Part shown: in pieces, positions 16,719-25,863 of the stretch | How the letters are laid out: each line of letters starts with the position of its first letter | Position numbering within the stretch: the stretch's first letter is position 1 | DNA from: Candidatus Undinarchaeales archaeon SRR5007147.bin71 | Lineage (GTDB): Archaea > Undinarchaeota > Undinarchaeia > Undinarchaeales > Undinarchaeaceae | Length of the DNA stretch: 54,083 nt | Assembly (NCBI GenBank): GCA_014189675.1 | Contig: DVAE01000010.1 | Coordinates: forward strand, 1-54,083 | Reading direction: 5' to 3' | Translations under genes and position numbers: made by a program | The notes under the pieces: model-generated | Told to the model about the DNA's origin: nothing | The model's database searches: none | Seen by the model: the letters and a program-made list of their open reading frames with translations, nothing else

Positions 16719-16791
16719 GGGCCCGTGGTCTAGTGGTTATGACGTCACCTTTACAAGGTGAAGATCGCCAGTTCGACTCTGGCCGGGCCCA
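16719..16791 (+). tRNA. tRNA-Val (anticodon UAC)
   Basis: GGGCCCG...TCACC-TTTACAA-GGTGA-AGATC-GCCAG-TTCGACT-CTGGC-CGGGCCC-A. Confidence 0.85.
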
Positions 16792-16881
16792 CCTAATAAT
16801 TTATTATACCTGCGAAGCAGGAAGTTGCACTTGTTGCATTTTTCATCAATGTTTTTGCCGAGGAGCAACGCGACGAGGGAA

Positions 16882-16907
16882 AAAGATTGCTCTGGCCGGG
16901 CCCACCT
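16882..16907 (+). repeat. Degenerate copy of the tRNA-Val 3' part (pseudo-3'-half)
   Basis: The 18-nt ctctggccgggcccacct (16890-16907) is identical to 16777-16794. The upstream aagattgc matches tRNA aagatcgc, with the 9 nt cagttcgac missing. Confidence 0.8.
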
Positions 16908-18085
16908 TATTTCTTTGAAGTTACTAGAAGGTAGGCAGTAAAAAATGCCACAAAAAACGCAATGTCAAGCTGGTCTAAACCTGTCTCAATCCACACCACA
17001 CTGTATGCCAGGAGAATTGGATAGAAGGGTTGCAGTACGAGACTTTTAGAGGCGATACTTTTACGGGATAGCTGGAGAAGGAAGGCCAGTAAAAACATAA
17101 ATACCGCAGCGCCGGCGAGGCCAAAATCAATGACAGGAGGTCCAAGCAGAGTTGATGTAATATTCCTGTGCAAACCAAGAAGCATTTTTCCGACATAGAA
17201 GCGAGGATCTCCTTTGAAGAACAGTGCTCCGTGCTCTATACCTCCAAGCCCAGATTCCTGTGCAATTTCATCGAAGACAATGTATGTAGTTCCTGCCCGA
17301 TAAAGGAGAATTTCAACAGGACTCAGCAAAGGCATAAAAATGTAACCTAGAATTACAATAAGAGCCAGTGCGGATGCAAGACCAGTAAGGACACTTTTAA
17401 GTGACAGCTTTTGACGATAATAGCCGGACGCTATACCAGCTATAAGTATAACAAGAAGCTCTGTCCTGAACGCCATTAGAATAAATAAGAGAGATGACAC
17501 GAAAATAAGAGCGAAGAGATTTTTTCCTGTTTTTATCTGAGGAAGAAGAAGCATATAGCCTATAAAATACAAGACATAACCGAGACCCCAATACACGTTG
17601 TCAAGAAGAGAGTACCTTACAGACCCTTCAAATAAGGGAATTGCACCTACATCATATATTGTAAGCAGAATAAACGCTATCCCGGAAAGCAGAAAATAAT
17701 AAGGAAGACGATCCAAGGATTTGTTTGAAGTTCTCCACTTTGAAAGAAGGTAATAGGTCAAAAGACCCACTAAACCTGCAAAAAGTGCGGAAAATAGAAG
17801 ACCAGGATGAAAGACTCCTTGAACAACAAATGTATAGAATATTACAGAGAGTAGAATTAACCATTTAGGACTCAGGAGAGGTATTTTCTTTCCATATGCC
17901 CTATTTGCAGCTTTCATACCTGCAAAATAGAAAGGTGTTGAGATCAGAATGAAGAAAAGCCCGATAAGAGATGGTTTTGTCGGAGTAAGACCTAAAAAGA
18001 AAGAGATTCCAGCAAACAGAAGAAAAACTACATACAAGACTGGTACCAGTACTGGTCCCATCAGATCTAATTTTTTAGATTTCAT
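16907..18085 (-). CDS. Polytopic membrane protein, putative oligosaccharide repeat-unit polymerase (Wzy-like)
   Basis: About 10-12 hydrophobic helices. It is a paralog of the upstream gene (shared FRTE-LLVxLI and GPPxxDFGxxG blocks). ATG 18085 (MKSKK) is preferred; the start is uncertain. Confidence 0.5.
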   Translation of the reverse strand: MKSKKLDLMGPVLVPVLYVVFLLFAGISFFLGLTPTKPSLIGLFFILISTPFYFAGMKAANRAYGKKIPLLSPKWLILLSVIFYTFVVQGVFHPGLLFSALFAGLVGLLTYYLLSKWRTSNKSLDRLPYYFLLSGIAFILLTIYDVGAIPLFEGSVRYSLLDNVYWGLGYVLYFIGYMLLLPQIKTGKNLFALIFVSSLLFILMAFRTELLVILIAGIASGYYRQKLSLKSVLTGLASALALIVILGYIFMPLLSPVEILLYRAGTTYIVFDEIAQESGLGGIEHGALFFKGDPRFYVGKMLLGLHRNITSTLLGPPVIDFGLAGAAVFMFLLAFLLQLSRKSIASKSLVLQPFYPILLAYSVVWIETGLDQLDIAFFVAFFTAYLLVTSKK

Positions 18086-19112
18086 TATATTTGTAGTACG
18101 AGAATGCGGCAATAAAATAGATCCAAACAATAAGATCGACTATTCCAGTTTCTATGCCTATTAGCAGAAAAACAAGTACAAGGCTGTGCAGAATTGCGTA
18201 GCCGCTGCCTTGTGAGGCTGCTTTGTATCCGAATCCGAGAACCCAACCAAAAAACAGGAATATGAGAGACCCCATAAATCCGAAATCAGCGTATGGAGGT
18301 CCGTAGAGCATTGATGTTGTGGAAACTCCAGACCTTACTCCGATGAAGGTTGAAATCAGTGTTCGGCCACCGTAGATTGGAAGGCTGGAAAAGATATCTA
18401 TAAAATCCGCAAACTGAACGAAGCCTTTTGTATATCCCATGGAATCTGACTGAGAAACAACAAAATCATAGGCAGAGACTGTGGAACTTATCCTGTTTGA
18501 GTCGAAGCCTCCCGTCCTGATGAGAGTTAAGGCAAAGAAGAACAGAACAGCAAGGATACCGAGCTGCATGAGCTGTTTAGTTGAAACTATCCCAGTGTAA
18601 CGAAGAACCAGTATGGTAGAAAAAAGAAAAACCATTACCTCAGTTCTGAATCCTGTGAGAGAAATCAAGAAAAGGGTCACTGCAAAGATTGCGAGCATTC
18701 TTATCTTTGACTTCCTGTGACCAGAGTACCCCACCATGAGAAGAAGTGCAGCCGGAACTATGAGGAAAGAGAGTGTAGTAAGAAGGGGGTTCATAAATTG
18801 CCTTATTGCAGGCTGGAAAAGGGGAATGCCACCCGAAGCATAAAAATTCAGGTGAAGAGACGCAATAGCTACTGCGTACATCCAGTAGCCAACTTTAAGG
18901 GCTTGTGGTAGTGATTTTTTTACTATTTTTCGTCCGAAGGAGCGTATTCCAAGCAACTCGCCTACGAAGAACATCAAAAGACAGAGTACGACAAAGCTGA
19001 ATGAAATCAGGCTGATTGAATGAGAAGAGACTAATAAAAATAGAAAAGTTAGGATAGAAAGAAGAACACTCGGTCTAAAAAATATGTCCAGCCTGGCTTC
19101 ATCATTTTTCAT
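18075..19112 (-). CDS. Polytopic membrane protein, paralog of 16907..18085 (Wzy-like)
   Basis: GFRTEVMVFLF / LYGPPYADFGFMGSLIFLFFGWVL align with FRTELLVILI / LLGPPVIDFGLAGAAVFMFLLAFLL in the neighbour. ATGA overlap with the upstream gene. Confidence 0.5.
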   Translation of the reverse strand: MKNDEARLDIFFRPSVLLSILTFLFLLVSSHSISLISFSFVVLCLLMFFVGELLGIRSFGRKIVKKSLPQALKVGYWMYAVAIASLHLNFYASGGIPLFQPAIRQFMNPLLTTLSFLIVPAALLLMVGYSGHRKSKIRMLAIFAVTLFLISLTGFRTEVMVFLFSTILVLRYTGIVSTKQLMQLGILAVLFFFALTLIRTGGFDSNRISSTVSAYDFVVSQSDSMGYTKGFVQFADFIDIFSSLPIYGGRTLISTFIGVRSGVSTTSMLYGPPYADFGFMGSLIFLFFGWVLGFGYKAASQGSGYAILHSLVLVFLLIGIETGIVDLIVWIYFIAAFSYYKYNEI

Positions 19113-19921
19113 TTCAGCGGCTCGTCAATAACCCTCAGCATATAATAGTCGAAAGAAGCCGGTGCCCTGCTGGAAAGCTCGGCCTCTGAAAGGTTCGAAT
19201 CCGACACTGTGCGAACATCAAGCTCCAGCCTGCTGCTGGAAACCCTTGAAAGTAAAATTCCAGTTTCACTGAAATAAGAAGAAAGCTCCTCCAGTGTCTT
19301 AAGAAGTACACCATCTAAGGAAATTATCAGTCCTTTGTCATATATTGTGACAGAAGAACCGAAACCCAGTATGTTTTCGAGGTCCTGAGAAATTGTTGGA
19401 GTTATTGGGTCTACAGAATCCACAGATATGGAACCTGAGAGGCTGGTTTCCATGATATTTTCACCGGAAAGTTTGATTGGAATGGATGCAAGGCTTGATG
19501 TGAAGAGACTAAAATCGCCCCCAGAAATAGGCTCAAGGCCGACACGAAGAACATCTGCATTTTGAACTGAAATTCTTAGTGCTTTTGCTGAAATATCCTC
19601 ACTTCCAGTAGAGGGTCCTCCGACTAGGACCTGACGACCATTATATAATATTGTGAAAACGCCTTTGGATGCTGAAAGGATTCTGCCTTCATCTGAGAAC
19701 TGCTCACCGGTACTGCGCCAAGTTCCCTCTACATGAAGATTGCTCGCAAAACCAGCATTGGATATGAGCTGCTGGGCATACACTGCCCGATATATATTTG
19801 CTCCAGTGAACTCAAGGGTGGACTCTTCAGCCAAAATTACTTTGAAAACTACAGCAAAGAAGAAAACCGCTATTATCAGCAATAGAACTTTCCTGTAGAT
19901 GTCTGGAGAGGATTTTGCCAT
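19109..19921 (-). CDS. N-terminally membrane-anchored hypothetical protein
   Basis: MAKSSPDIYRKVLLLIIAVFFFAVVFKVIL signal-anchor. The start is reset to ATG 19921 because the track extension overlaps tRNA-Gly. Confidence 0.55.
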   Translation of the reverse strand: MAKSSPDIYRKVLLLIIAVFFFAVVFKVILAEESTLEFTGANIYRAVYAQQLISNAGFASNLHVEGTWRSTGEQFSDEGRILSASKGVFTILYNGRQVLVGGPSTGSEDISAKALRISVQNADVLRVGLEPISGGDFSLFTSSLASIPIKLSGENIMETSLSGSISVDSVDPITPTISQDLENILGFGSSVTIYDKGLIISLDGVLLKTLEELSSYFSETGILLSRVSSSRLELDVRTVSDSNLSEAELSSRAPASFDYYMLRVIDEPLK

Positions 19922-19950
19922 GAGTGACTTATTGCAATAAGATATAAAAA

Positions 19951-20022
19951 TGCGCCGACCGGGACTCGAACCCGGGTCGCGGCCTTGGCAAGGCCGAATC
20001 ATAGCCACTAGACCACCGGCGC
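19951..20022 (-). tRNA. tRNA-Gly (anticodon GCC)
   Basis: Reverse complement GCGCCGG...CGGCC-TTGCCAA-GGCCG...CCGGG-TTCGAGT-CCCGG-TCGGCGC-A. Confidence 0.85.
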
Positions 20023-20114
20023 ATAGTAAGGGTGCTTTAAATTTATCAAGTCAGGACTATTAAAGGATTTCCATGCACAACAAGCTTAAATAATTAAGGA
20101 CTTAGATAAAGGTC

Positions 20115-21032
20115 GTGAAGACAGCAATATCAATACAAAATTTAGTGAAGAATTATGACAGTGTTGAAGCTGTGAAAGGCATAAGTTTTGATATAAAGAA
20201 GGGAGAATTTTTCGGGCTCCTTGGACCAAATGGGGCAGGGAAAACAACAACGATAAACGCGATAACCGGTCTTGTCAACATAAGTTCTGGACAGGTAAAG
20301 GTATTCGGGCATGATGTTATCAAAGACTACAGAGAAACACGAAAGAGGATAGGTCTGTCCCAGCAGGATCTTATGTCTCTAGACCGATTTCTAAGCATTG
20401 AGGGAATATTGACATATCAGGCCGGTTATTTTGGGATACGAAAATATGAGGCACAAAAGAGAGCAGAAGAACTTCTTGAGCATTTTGACATGGCTTCGAA
20501 AAAGAACGTCGATATAAGAAAGCTATCTGGTGGGATGAAACGAAGGCTCTCAATCGCGAAGGCGCTTGTACACGATCCGGATATATTGATACTAGACGAA
20601 CCGACAGCAGGACTTGATGTGGAGCTTAGAGTAGATATGTGGAGAGATCTCAGAAAGTTCGTAAAAGAAGGAAAAACTGTTCTTCTAACGACGCATTATA
20701 TTGAAGAGGCAGAGAGGCTCTGCAAGCGCGTTGGAATAATAGATCATGGACAGCTGATAGAGCTGGACACCACAAAAAACCTCGTTGACAAACTGAGCGC
20801 ACAGAGGATAACTGTTGTAGTTTCTGGTACAATTGGGAGACTTTCCGCGCCTTTGAAGAAGCTCGGAGTCTCTGTGAAAAGGAACAGGATGCGCATATAC
20901 ATTGACGGAGATTATAGCAAGGTTGGAAAAGCTCTTTATGAGATTGAAAAGATGGGACTAAAAATAATAGAGATACGCACAGCAGAGAATAGGCTAGAAA
21001 ATGTATTTCTGAGGCTGACTGGACATGAATAA
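20115..21032 (+). CDS. ABC transporter ATP-binding protein (ABC-2/DrrA-like)
   Basis: Walker A GPNGAGKTT, signature LSGGMKRRL, Walker B ILILDEP. GTG start. Confidence 0.9.
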   Translation: MKTAISIQNLVKNYDSVEAVKGISFDIKKGEFFGLLGPNGAGKTTTINAITGLVNISSGQVKVFGHDVIKDYRETRKRIGLSQQDLMSLDRFLSIEGILTYQAGYFGIRKYEAQKRAEELLEHFDMASKKNVDIRKLSGGMKRRLSIAKALVHDPDILILDEPTAGLDVELRVDMWRDLRKFVKEGKTVLLTTHYIEEAERLCKRVGIIDHGQLIELDTTKNLVDKLSAQRITVVVSGTIGRLSAPLKKLGVSVKRNRMRIYIDGDYSKVGKALYEIEKMGLKIIEIRTAENRLENVFLRLTGHE

Positions 21033-21789
21033 TTTAACCGGACTTTCGGCGCTTGCTCGCAGGGAAATAAAAAGATTTCTGAACATATATGGAGATACTC
21101 TAGTTACGCCCTTGATTAGTTCCTTGCTATACCTCTTCATATTTGGATATTCTATCGGTAAGCTTGTTCCAAGCTTTAGCGGAATCAGCTACATGGAGTT
21201 CATAATTCCCGGAATAATAATGATGAGTGTTATTCAGAGCTCGTATGCAAACACATCATTTTCAATATTTATATCCAAGTGGGCAGGGAATATAGCTGAC
21301 CTGCTTACTGCACCATTATCTTATATGGAAATTGTAATTGCCATAACAATTGGAGGAGTCACAAGAGGGCTTCTTGTGGCTGCCGGCGTCTACCTTGTCT
21401 CGGCATTTTTCGCCGGTTTCTTAATGTACAGCTTTCTCCATACTTTTGTATTTCTTGCGCTAATAACAATAGTATTCTCACTGGCAGGAATTGTAGTCGC
21501 AATTGTGTCAGATGATTTTGAGCACCTTACTGTCTTTAACGCCTTCATACTAACACCTCTTGTTTTTATGGGAGGAGTTTTCCATCCAGTAAATATTTTG
21601 CCTCCCTTATTCCAAAAAATAACTATGCTTAATCCCTTGTTCTATATGGTAAGCGGATTCCGGTATGGACTGACAGGAGTGGCTGAGACAAGCGTTCTCA
21701 GTAGTTTCCTTGTGCTTGTCGCATTCATAGTTGTGCTATTCGTAACTGTCGTAACAATGTTCAAAAGAGGCTATAAGCTGAGAACTTAG
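21025..21789 (+). CDS. ABC-2 type transporter permease
   Basis: Six-TM protein of ABC-2 size, overlapping the ATPase gene by 8 nt. Confidence 0.85.
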   Translation: MNNLTGLSALARREIKRFLNIYGDTLVTPLISSLLYLFIFGYSIGKLVPSFSGISYMEFIIPGIIMMSVIQSSYANTSFSIFISKWAGNIADLLTAPLSYMEIVIAITIGGVTRGLLVAAGVYLVSAFFAGFLMYSFLHTFVFLALITIVFSLAGIVVAIVSDDFEHLTVFNAFILTPLVFMGGVFHPVNILPPLFQKITMLNPLFYMVSGFRYGLTGVAETSVLSSFLVLVAFIVVLFVTVVTMFKRGYKLRT

Positions 21790-24700
21790 TGTTTTATTGT
21801 AACTTTGTGAAGATCCGATGCCTCCATATATGGAACATCCTTGTAGGTTTTCACTAAGCCAGTACATCTTATCATATCTCCCTGTACAACTGTTGTGTAA
21901 TACGGATAGCGCACGTGAAGCTTTCCAGTTCCATCTGATACCAAGAAGACCTTGCCCTTGGAAGTCTCAGAAATTGATTTCACTACACCTTCTATGCGGG
22001 TTCCCTCAGCAAATTTGGATGGCTCTTCTTTTACGTGAGATATTCTAACCATCTTAAAGAATTTAAACCAGATTATGAAACCGGCAAATCCTGAAACTAT
22101 GAGAATTGCCAGGATTGATCCGAGGTTTCCGCCGATTGCGACAGCTTTCAGGGCTCGGAAGACCGCCCCCCTTTGTCCTAGCTCTTCATTGATTTCTTTT
22201 TCAATTGAATCCGCTTTAAGACCAGCTTGAATTACCAGAAGTTCGGAATCTGAATACTCACCTGCGTTATACTTTTGTATAGAGGATTGTATACTCTGGT
22301 TGAGAGCTTTTAGATCAGCATTCAATGAAGTGACATCTACTCCTCTTCTGTCAAGCTTGGATACCAAGAGGGTCAAATTTGCCATACGGAGTTTGAGTTG
22401 ATTTATAGTGACATTTAAGTCTCCGACGGTCGTGTTTGTCCAGACTTTGGAAATCTTAAGCTCAAGAGATTTCTCAACAAGAGCCTTTGAATTCTTGTCT
22501 GTCGCCTTCCATGTGGCAACATGTGTCTTTGCCTCGGCATCGCTTGGAATGTCCCAAGCAACATCGAAGGTTACAGCCTCGCCAGAGTTCAAGTCCTCTG
22601 TAGAAAGTGTAGAATTCCTTACAGTGACTGCATACCACGAGCTCGGTATACCTCCAACAGTAAGAGCAACATCCTCAAGGCTCTGGACCCCTGAGTTCTT
22701 GATCTTTACAACTGTTGAACGACTTTCTCCTTGGGCAATTGTAAGCTGATTATCATATTCAATAATGGTAAGGGCATAGTCGCTTGCGGCTCCTCCGCCT
22801 CCGCCGCCTCCGCCTCCAGCGGACACAGCACTTGTAGCTGCGCGGACATTAATTGTTTGAGTAACAGATCCATTACTTCCATATGTGTCGTTAACCCACA
22901 TAGTAACAGAATAAGCCGTTAGGCTACTTGGGGAAGGAGCTATGAAGATGTGCTCTGTATAGTTTGTAGATGCCGCAGTAGCTATATTACTGGAACTTAT
23001 TGAATTGGAGTTGTCGCTGATATAATACATTGCTCCAGTAAAGTTCTGACCGCTGTGAGCGTAAATAGCACTTCCATTTAGCTTAACTCGAGAGCCAGCA
23101 TCAACTGTTGTAGCGTTGAAAATTCCATTACTTGGGTTTGCATTATCCCCTGAGACATTTATTTTTGGAAGTGCTCCGAAGTTTTTGTTGGTGAGATTCT
23201 GGCTGTTATTAAGAGTGAACTCGCTGACACTTGAGTTGGTCATATACGCGTCGAAGTGAACTAACGGCGTGTATTTTGTTACAGGGAGATTCAGAGTAAA
23301 GAAACCGGCATTGTTTGTGGCAACGCTGTAGTTTGCAGAGCTGGTATTAAATGATACTATAGCTGCGGTGATATTATTCCAGCCGCTTGCATTACCTGTT
23401 CCATTGACATAACCTGATAGAGTTCCGTACTTTGCTCCACTTGAGAAGGCTGCAATAACCATTGCAGTTGGAAGATTATCTCCTCCAGCAGTCGAAGTAT
23501 TCCAGCCCCCAGTTGAACCGGAAACACTGTTCCTTGCCAAATAGTTAAGACCGCGCTCTATGGAGCCATGATAGAATCTGTCATTTGTTGTGGAGAAGTT
23601 TCTGTCATTATCCACAAACCAAGTTGTGTTTGTGTTATCTTCTGTAAGAGAAAGAATAGCAACCGCAGTTACATTGACAAGACCGTTTCCGTTTCCGAAG
23701 TAGCCAGCCATGCTTTGATTGGACTGAAGCCAGCGCCTTGCGGCTGTCCTGTTGTCAGAGGTATTTCCAAGTGAGGCCATCGCGTAGAGAGCCCAGGAAG
23801 TGTTTATAGTGTCGTTTCCCCAGCTTCCTCTTCCTGCTGTCCCGTTAATTTGCTGGTCTCGCAGCCAGTTGAAAGCATCATTAACAGTATCGTCGCTTGT
23901 ATTTACTCCGGACTTGTATATAGCAGCTAGAATTATAGCAGTCTCTGGAAGAGTTTTTGTGTCATTGACTATTAAAGAAAGATAGTTCGCAGAAGCTGTC
24001 AGATTTGCATAAGCGGTGTTGGAAAGACTTGACTTCTTGTGCGCTATGAGTGCCAAAGCAGTTGTGACATTTGGAGCAGCATATGTTGAGTCAAGCCAGG
24101 CAACGCTGCTATTAGAAGAATTATTGAACCTGCTGAGAACTTGTGATATGCTGGTAGTATTTGCACTATATGTGTTGTTCATAGCCCATAGTGCCCAAGC
24201 TGTTGTGTAGTTAGAAGCATTCCAGACAAACAAGGACGTGTCCATGTTCTTCTGAAGAAGTGCAGTTCCATTTTGGACAATATTTGCCCAGTTTAGAGTA
24301 GTGTTGCTTATGTTTACAGTAAGGATTAGATTTGAGACATTCCAGCGACCCCTGCTACTGTTACCTGTCGAGTTGGCAGAGAGGTTAATTGAATAGGACG
24401 TACCAGGACTTGCATTTGTCGGAACTTCAACACGTAGAGTGAATGAGACATTATCATAATTTGATATATTTAAGCCATAATCAGTACTGCTGAAGGAACT
24501 GTTCGGAGAAGTAAAGTTGAATTTCCAGCCTTCGCTCGCGTTGTTCTTGAAAATCACACGGTCCCAAGTATTTCCAGTATTATTGAGAGTTAAATTAACG
24601 AAGGCGTAGCTTTGCGTCGGAATTTCAACAGAGGTCACATTAGAATCGAAGCTAAGTATATGCAATGGCCAGAACATTTGAACAGTAACATTGCTTCCCC

Positions 24701-25733
24701 CGACAAGATTTGAATTGCTGAGGTTGAAGAGGGTATTGTTGAGGGTTCCGCCGCCGGTCTTGTTCGCAGTTACATTATGCTGATTATTTGAGTAGTTACC
24801 GCCTGAGGAATTTATTCTGTGCGTCAGTATAAAGGTAGGAGAGGTGAGCCCGCTTGCATTGGTGGTTGCATTTTTTACTGATGTTGTATTATTTGAGAAA
24901 ACTTCAACTGAAGCGATTCCCATTTCATATTTGTTTCCGTTTGCCAAGGAAGTGACAACGTAGACCTCGACATACCAGCTTGTGTTCAAGGATGACGAGC
25001 CTGTGAGAGCAGGGATTTTGCTGATATTGTGAGTTGTCCCCAAAAATGTAACATTCGAATTTGTTGCCAGAGTTATATCTGCATCACTTGTGTTCGAAAT
25101 TGTAGAGTTATATATTGTAACTGAGCTTGAGTTTGTTACATTGAATCCCCACTTGTTGTCATCCAGTGTTAAATTTACAAGTGTCGGAGACGAAGTACCA
25201 TTAAGAGTGACAGCAGGACCTGCGTGGGAATTGTTGAACACAACATTCCTGAACTCGAAGGTGCTATTACTTCCCTCAAGATAAGTTCCTATTGGTGTTC
25301 CTCTGTGAGTAGTTCCATTAACATAACGGACAATCGAGTTATTCATGGAAACTGTGCTACCTTTCAGGAAAAGAACTTCAATTCCCCCACCTGTTGCATT
25401 GGTAGTTACAGTTGTATTATTTGCATAGAGTTTTCCATTATCCCTGATTTTTAAGGTTGCATTGTGAGCGTTAGAAACATTGAAAAGAAGAGTGACGTTT
25501 TCAAGGGTGAGAGATCCGCCGGAGTTGACTGTGACATTTCCGGTAATATTAATTGTGACGTTCCCACAGCTTGTTGCGTTGACAACAGTCCAATTCCCAT
25601 TGCTTGACGGAATAGGAGTTCCTCCCGCTACACAGCCTCCAGCTAGTACAGGACCTGAGAGGGCTGCAAAGAAGAACACCGCAGCAACGCAGGACAATAA
25701 TACAAATAAGCTACTACGAGCCATCCTCACCAT
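21786..25733 (-). CDS. Giant multi-domain surface glycoprotein: signal peptide, parallel beta-helix repeats, Ig/CARDB-like modules, prenyltransferase/terpene-cyclase-like alpha-alpha toroid repeats, CarboxypepD_reg-like module, poly-Gly linker, coiled coil, TM anchor, cytoplasmic OB-fold
   Basis: Start reset to ATG 25733/25724 (MVRMARSSLFVLLSCVAAVFFFAALSGPVLAGGC), with the palindromic TATA TATTTAAATA centred about 26 nt upstream. N-X-S/T sequons are extremely dense. WALWAM / WALYAMASLG / FNWLRDQQ are toroid-type repeats. A GGGGGGGGG linker is present. The C-terminus reads ...ILAILIVSGFAGFIIWFKFFK-MVRISH...RIEGVVKSISETSKGKVFLVSDGTGKLHVRYP...GDMIRCTGLVKTYKD. Confidence 0.8.
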   Translation of the reverse strand: MVRMARSSLFVLLSCVAAVFFFAALSGPVLAGGCVAGGTPIPSSNGNWTVVNATSCGNVTINITGNVTVNSGGSLTLENVTLLFNVSNAHNATLKIRDNGKLYANNTTVTTNATGGGIEVLFLKGSTVSMNNSIVRYVNGTTHRGTPIGTYLEGSNSTFEFRNVVFNNSHAGPAVTLNGTSSPTLVNLTLDDNKWGFNVTNSSSVTIYNSTISNTSDADITLATNSNVTFLGTTHNISKIPALTGSSSLNTSWYVEVYVVTSLANGNKYEMGIASVEVFSNNTTSVKNATTNASGLTSPTFILTHRINSSGGNYSNNQHNVTANKTGGGTLNNTLFNLSNSNLVGGSNVTVQMFWPLHILSFDSNVTSVEIPTQSYAFVNLTLNNTGNTWDRVIFKNNASEGWKFNFTSPNSSFSSTDYGLNISNYDNVSFTLRVEVPTNASPGTSYSINLSANSTGNSSRGRWNVSNLILTVNISNTTLNWANIVQNGTALLQKNMDTSLFVWNASNYTTAWALWAMNNTYSANTTSISQVLSRFNNSSNSSVAWLDSTYAAPNVTTALALIAHKKSSLSNTAYANLTASANYLSLIVNDTKTLPETAIILAAIYKSGVNTSDDTVNDAFNWLRDQQINGTAGRGSWGNDTINTSWALYAMASLGNTSDNRTAARRWLQSNQSMAGYFGNGNGLVNVTAVAILSLTEDNTNTTWFVDNDRNFSTTNDRFYHGSIERGLNYLARNSVSGSTGGWNTSTAGGDNLPTAMVIAAFSSGAKYGTLSGYVNGTGNASGWNNITAAIVSFNTSSANYSVATNNAGFFTLNLPVTKYTPLVHFDAYMTNSSVSEFTLNNSQNLTNKNFGALPKINVSGDNANPSNGIFNATTVDAGSRVKLNGSAIYAHSGQNFTGAMYYISDNSNSISSSNIATAASTNYTEHIFIAPSPSSLTAYSVTMWVNDTYGSNGSVTQTINVRAATSAVSAGGGGGGGGGAASDYALTIIEYDNQLTIAQGESRSTVVKIKNSGVQSLEDVALTVGGIPSSWYAVTVRNSTLSTEDLNSGEAVTFDVAWDIPSDAEAKTHVATWKATDKNSKALVEKSLELKISKVWTNTTVGDLNVTINQLKLRMANLTLLVSKLDRRGVDVTSLNADLKALNQSIQSSIQKYNAGEYSDSELLVIQAGLKADSIEKEINEELGQRGAVFRALKAVAIGGNLGSILAILIVSGFAGFIIWFKFFKMVRISHVKEEPSKFAEGTRIEGVVKSISETSKGKVFLVSDGTGKLHVRYPYYTTVVQGDMIRCTGLVKTYKDVPYMEASDLHKVTIKH

Positions 25734-25753
25734 GCAAGGGACTAATCTTAGAG

Positions 25754-25763
25754 TATTTAAATA
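25754..25763 (-). promoter_or_regulatory. Palindromic TATA box (TATTTAAATA) for the giant surface-protein gene
   Basis: It is centred about 26 nt upstream of ATG 25733, implying a leaderless transcript. Confidence 0.55.
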
Positions 25764-25863
25764 GTTTACGAGTTTCCCAGGAAGCGGGAAGGTTGTTACA
25801 ATTAAGGAGGTAGATTTTCCCGCCAAGGACTTATGTATTTTCCCACCCCCAACAAAGAGTAAG

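Noticed and set aside
8987-16907. Integrated virus or plasmid between or next to tRNA genes with duplicated 3' ends
   Set aside because: No integrase, replication or capsid-like genes are seen. The duplicated segments are only 58-113 bp from their tRNAs and enclose no cargo. They are therefore reported only as att-like footprints or structured repeats.
19922-20008. N-terminal 29-aa extension of the ORF 19109..20008
   Set aside because: The extension is translated through tRNA-Gly (19951..20022). The internal ATG at 19921 gives a normal signal-anchor N-terminus.
22786-22822. GC-rich (GGC/GGA)n tract as a possible regulatory or slippage element
   Set aside because: It is in frame and encodes the Gly9 inter-domain linker of the giant protein. 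There is no evidence of frameshifting in this sequence.
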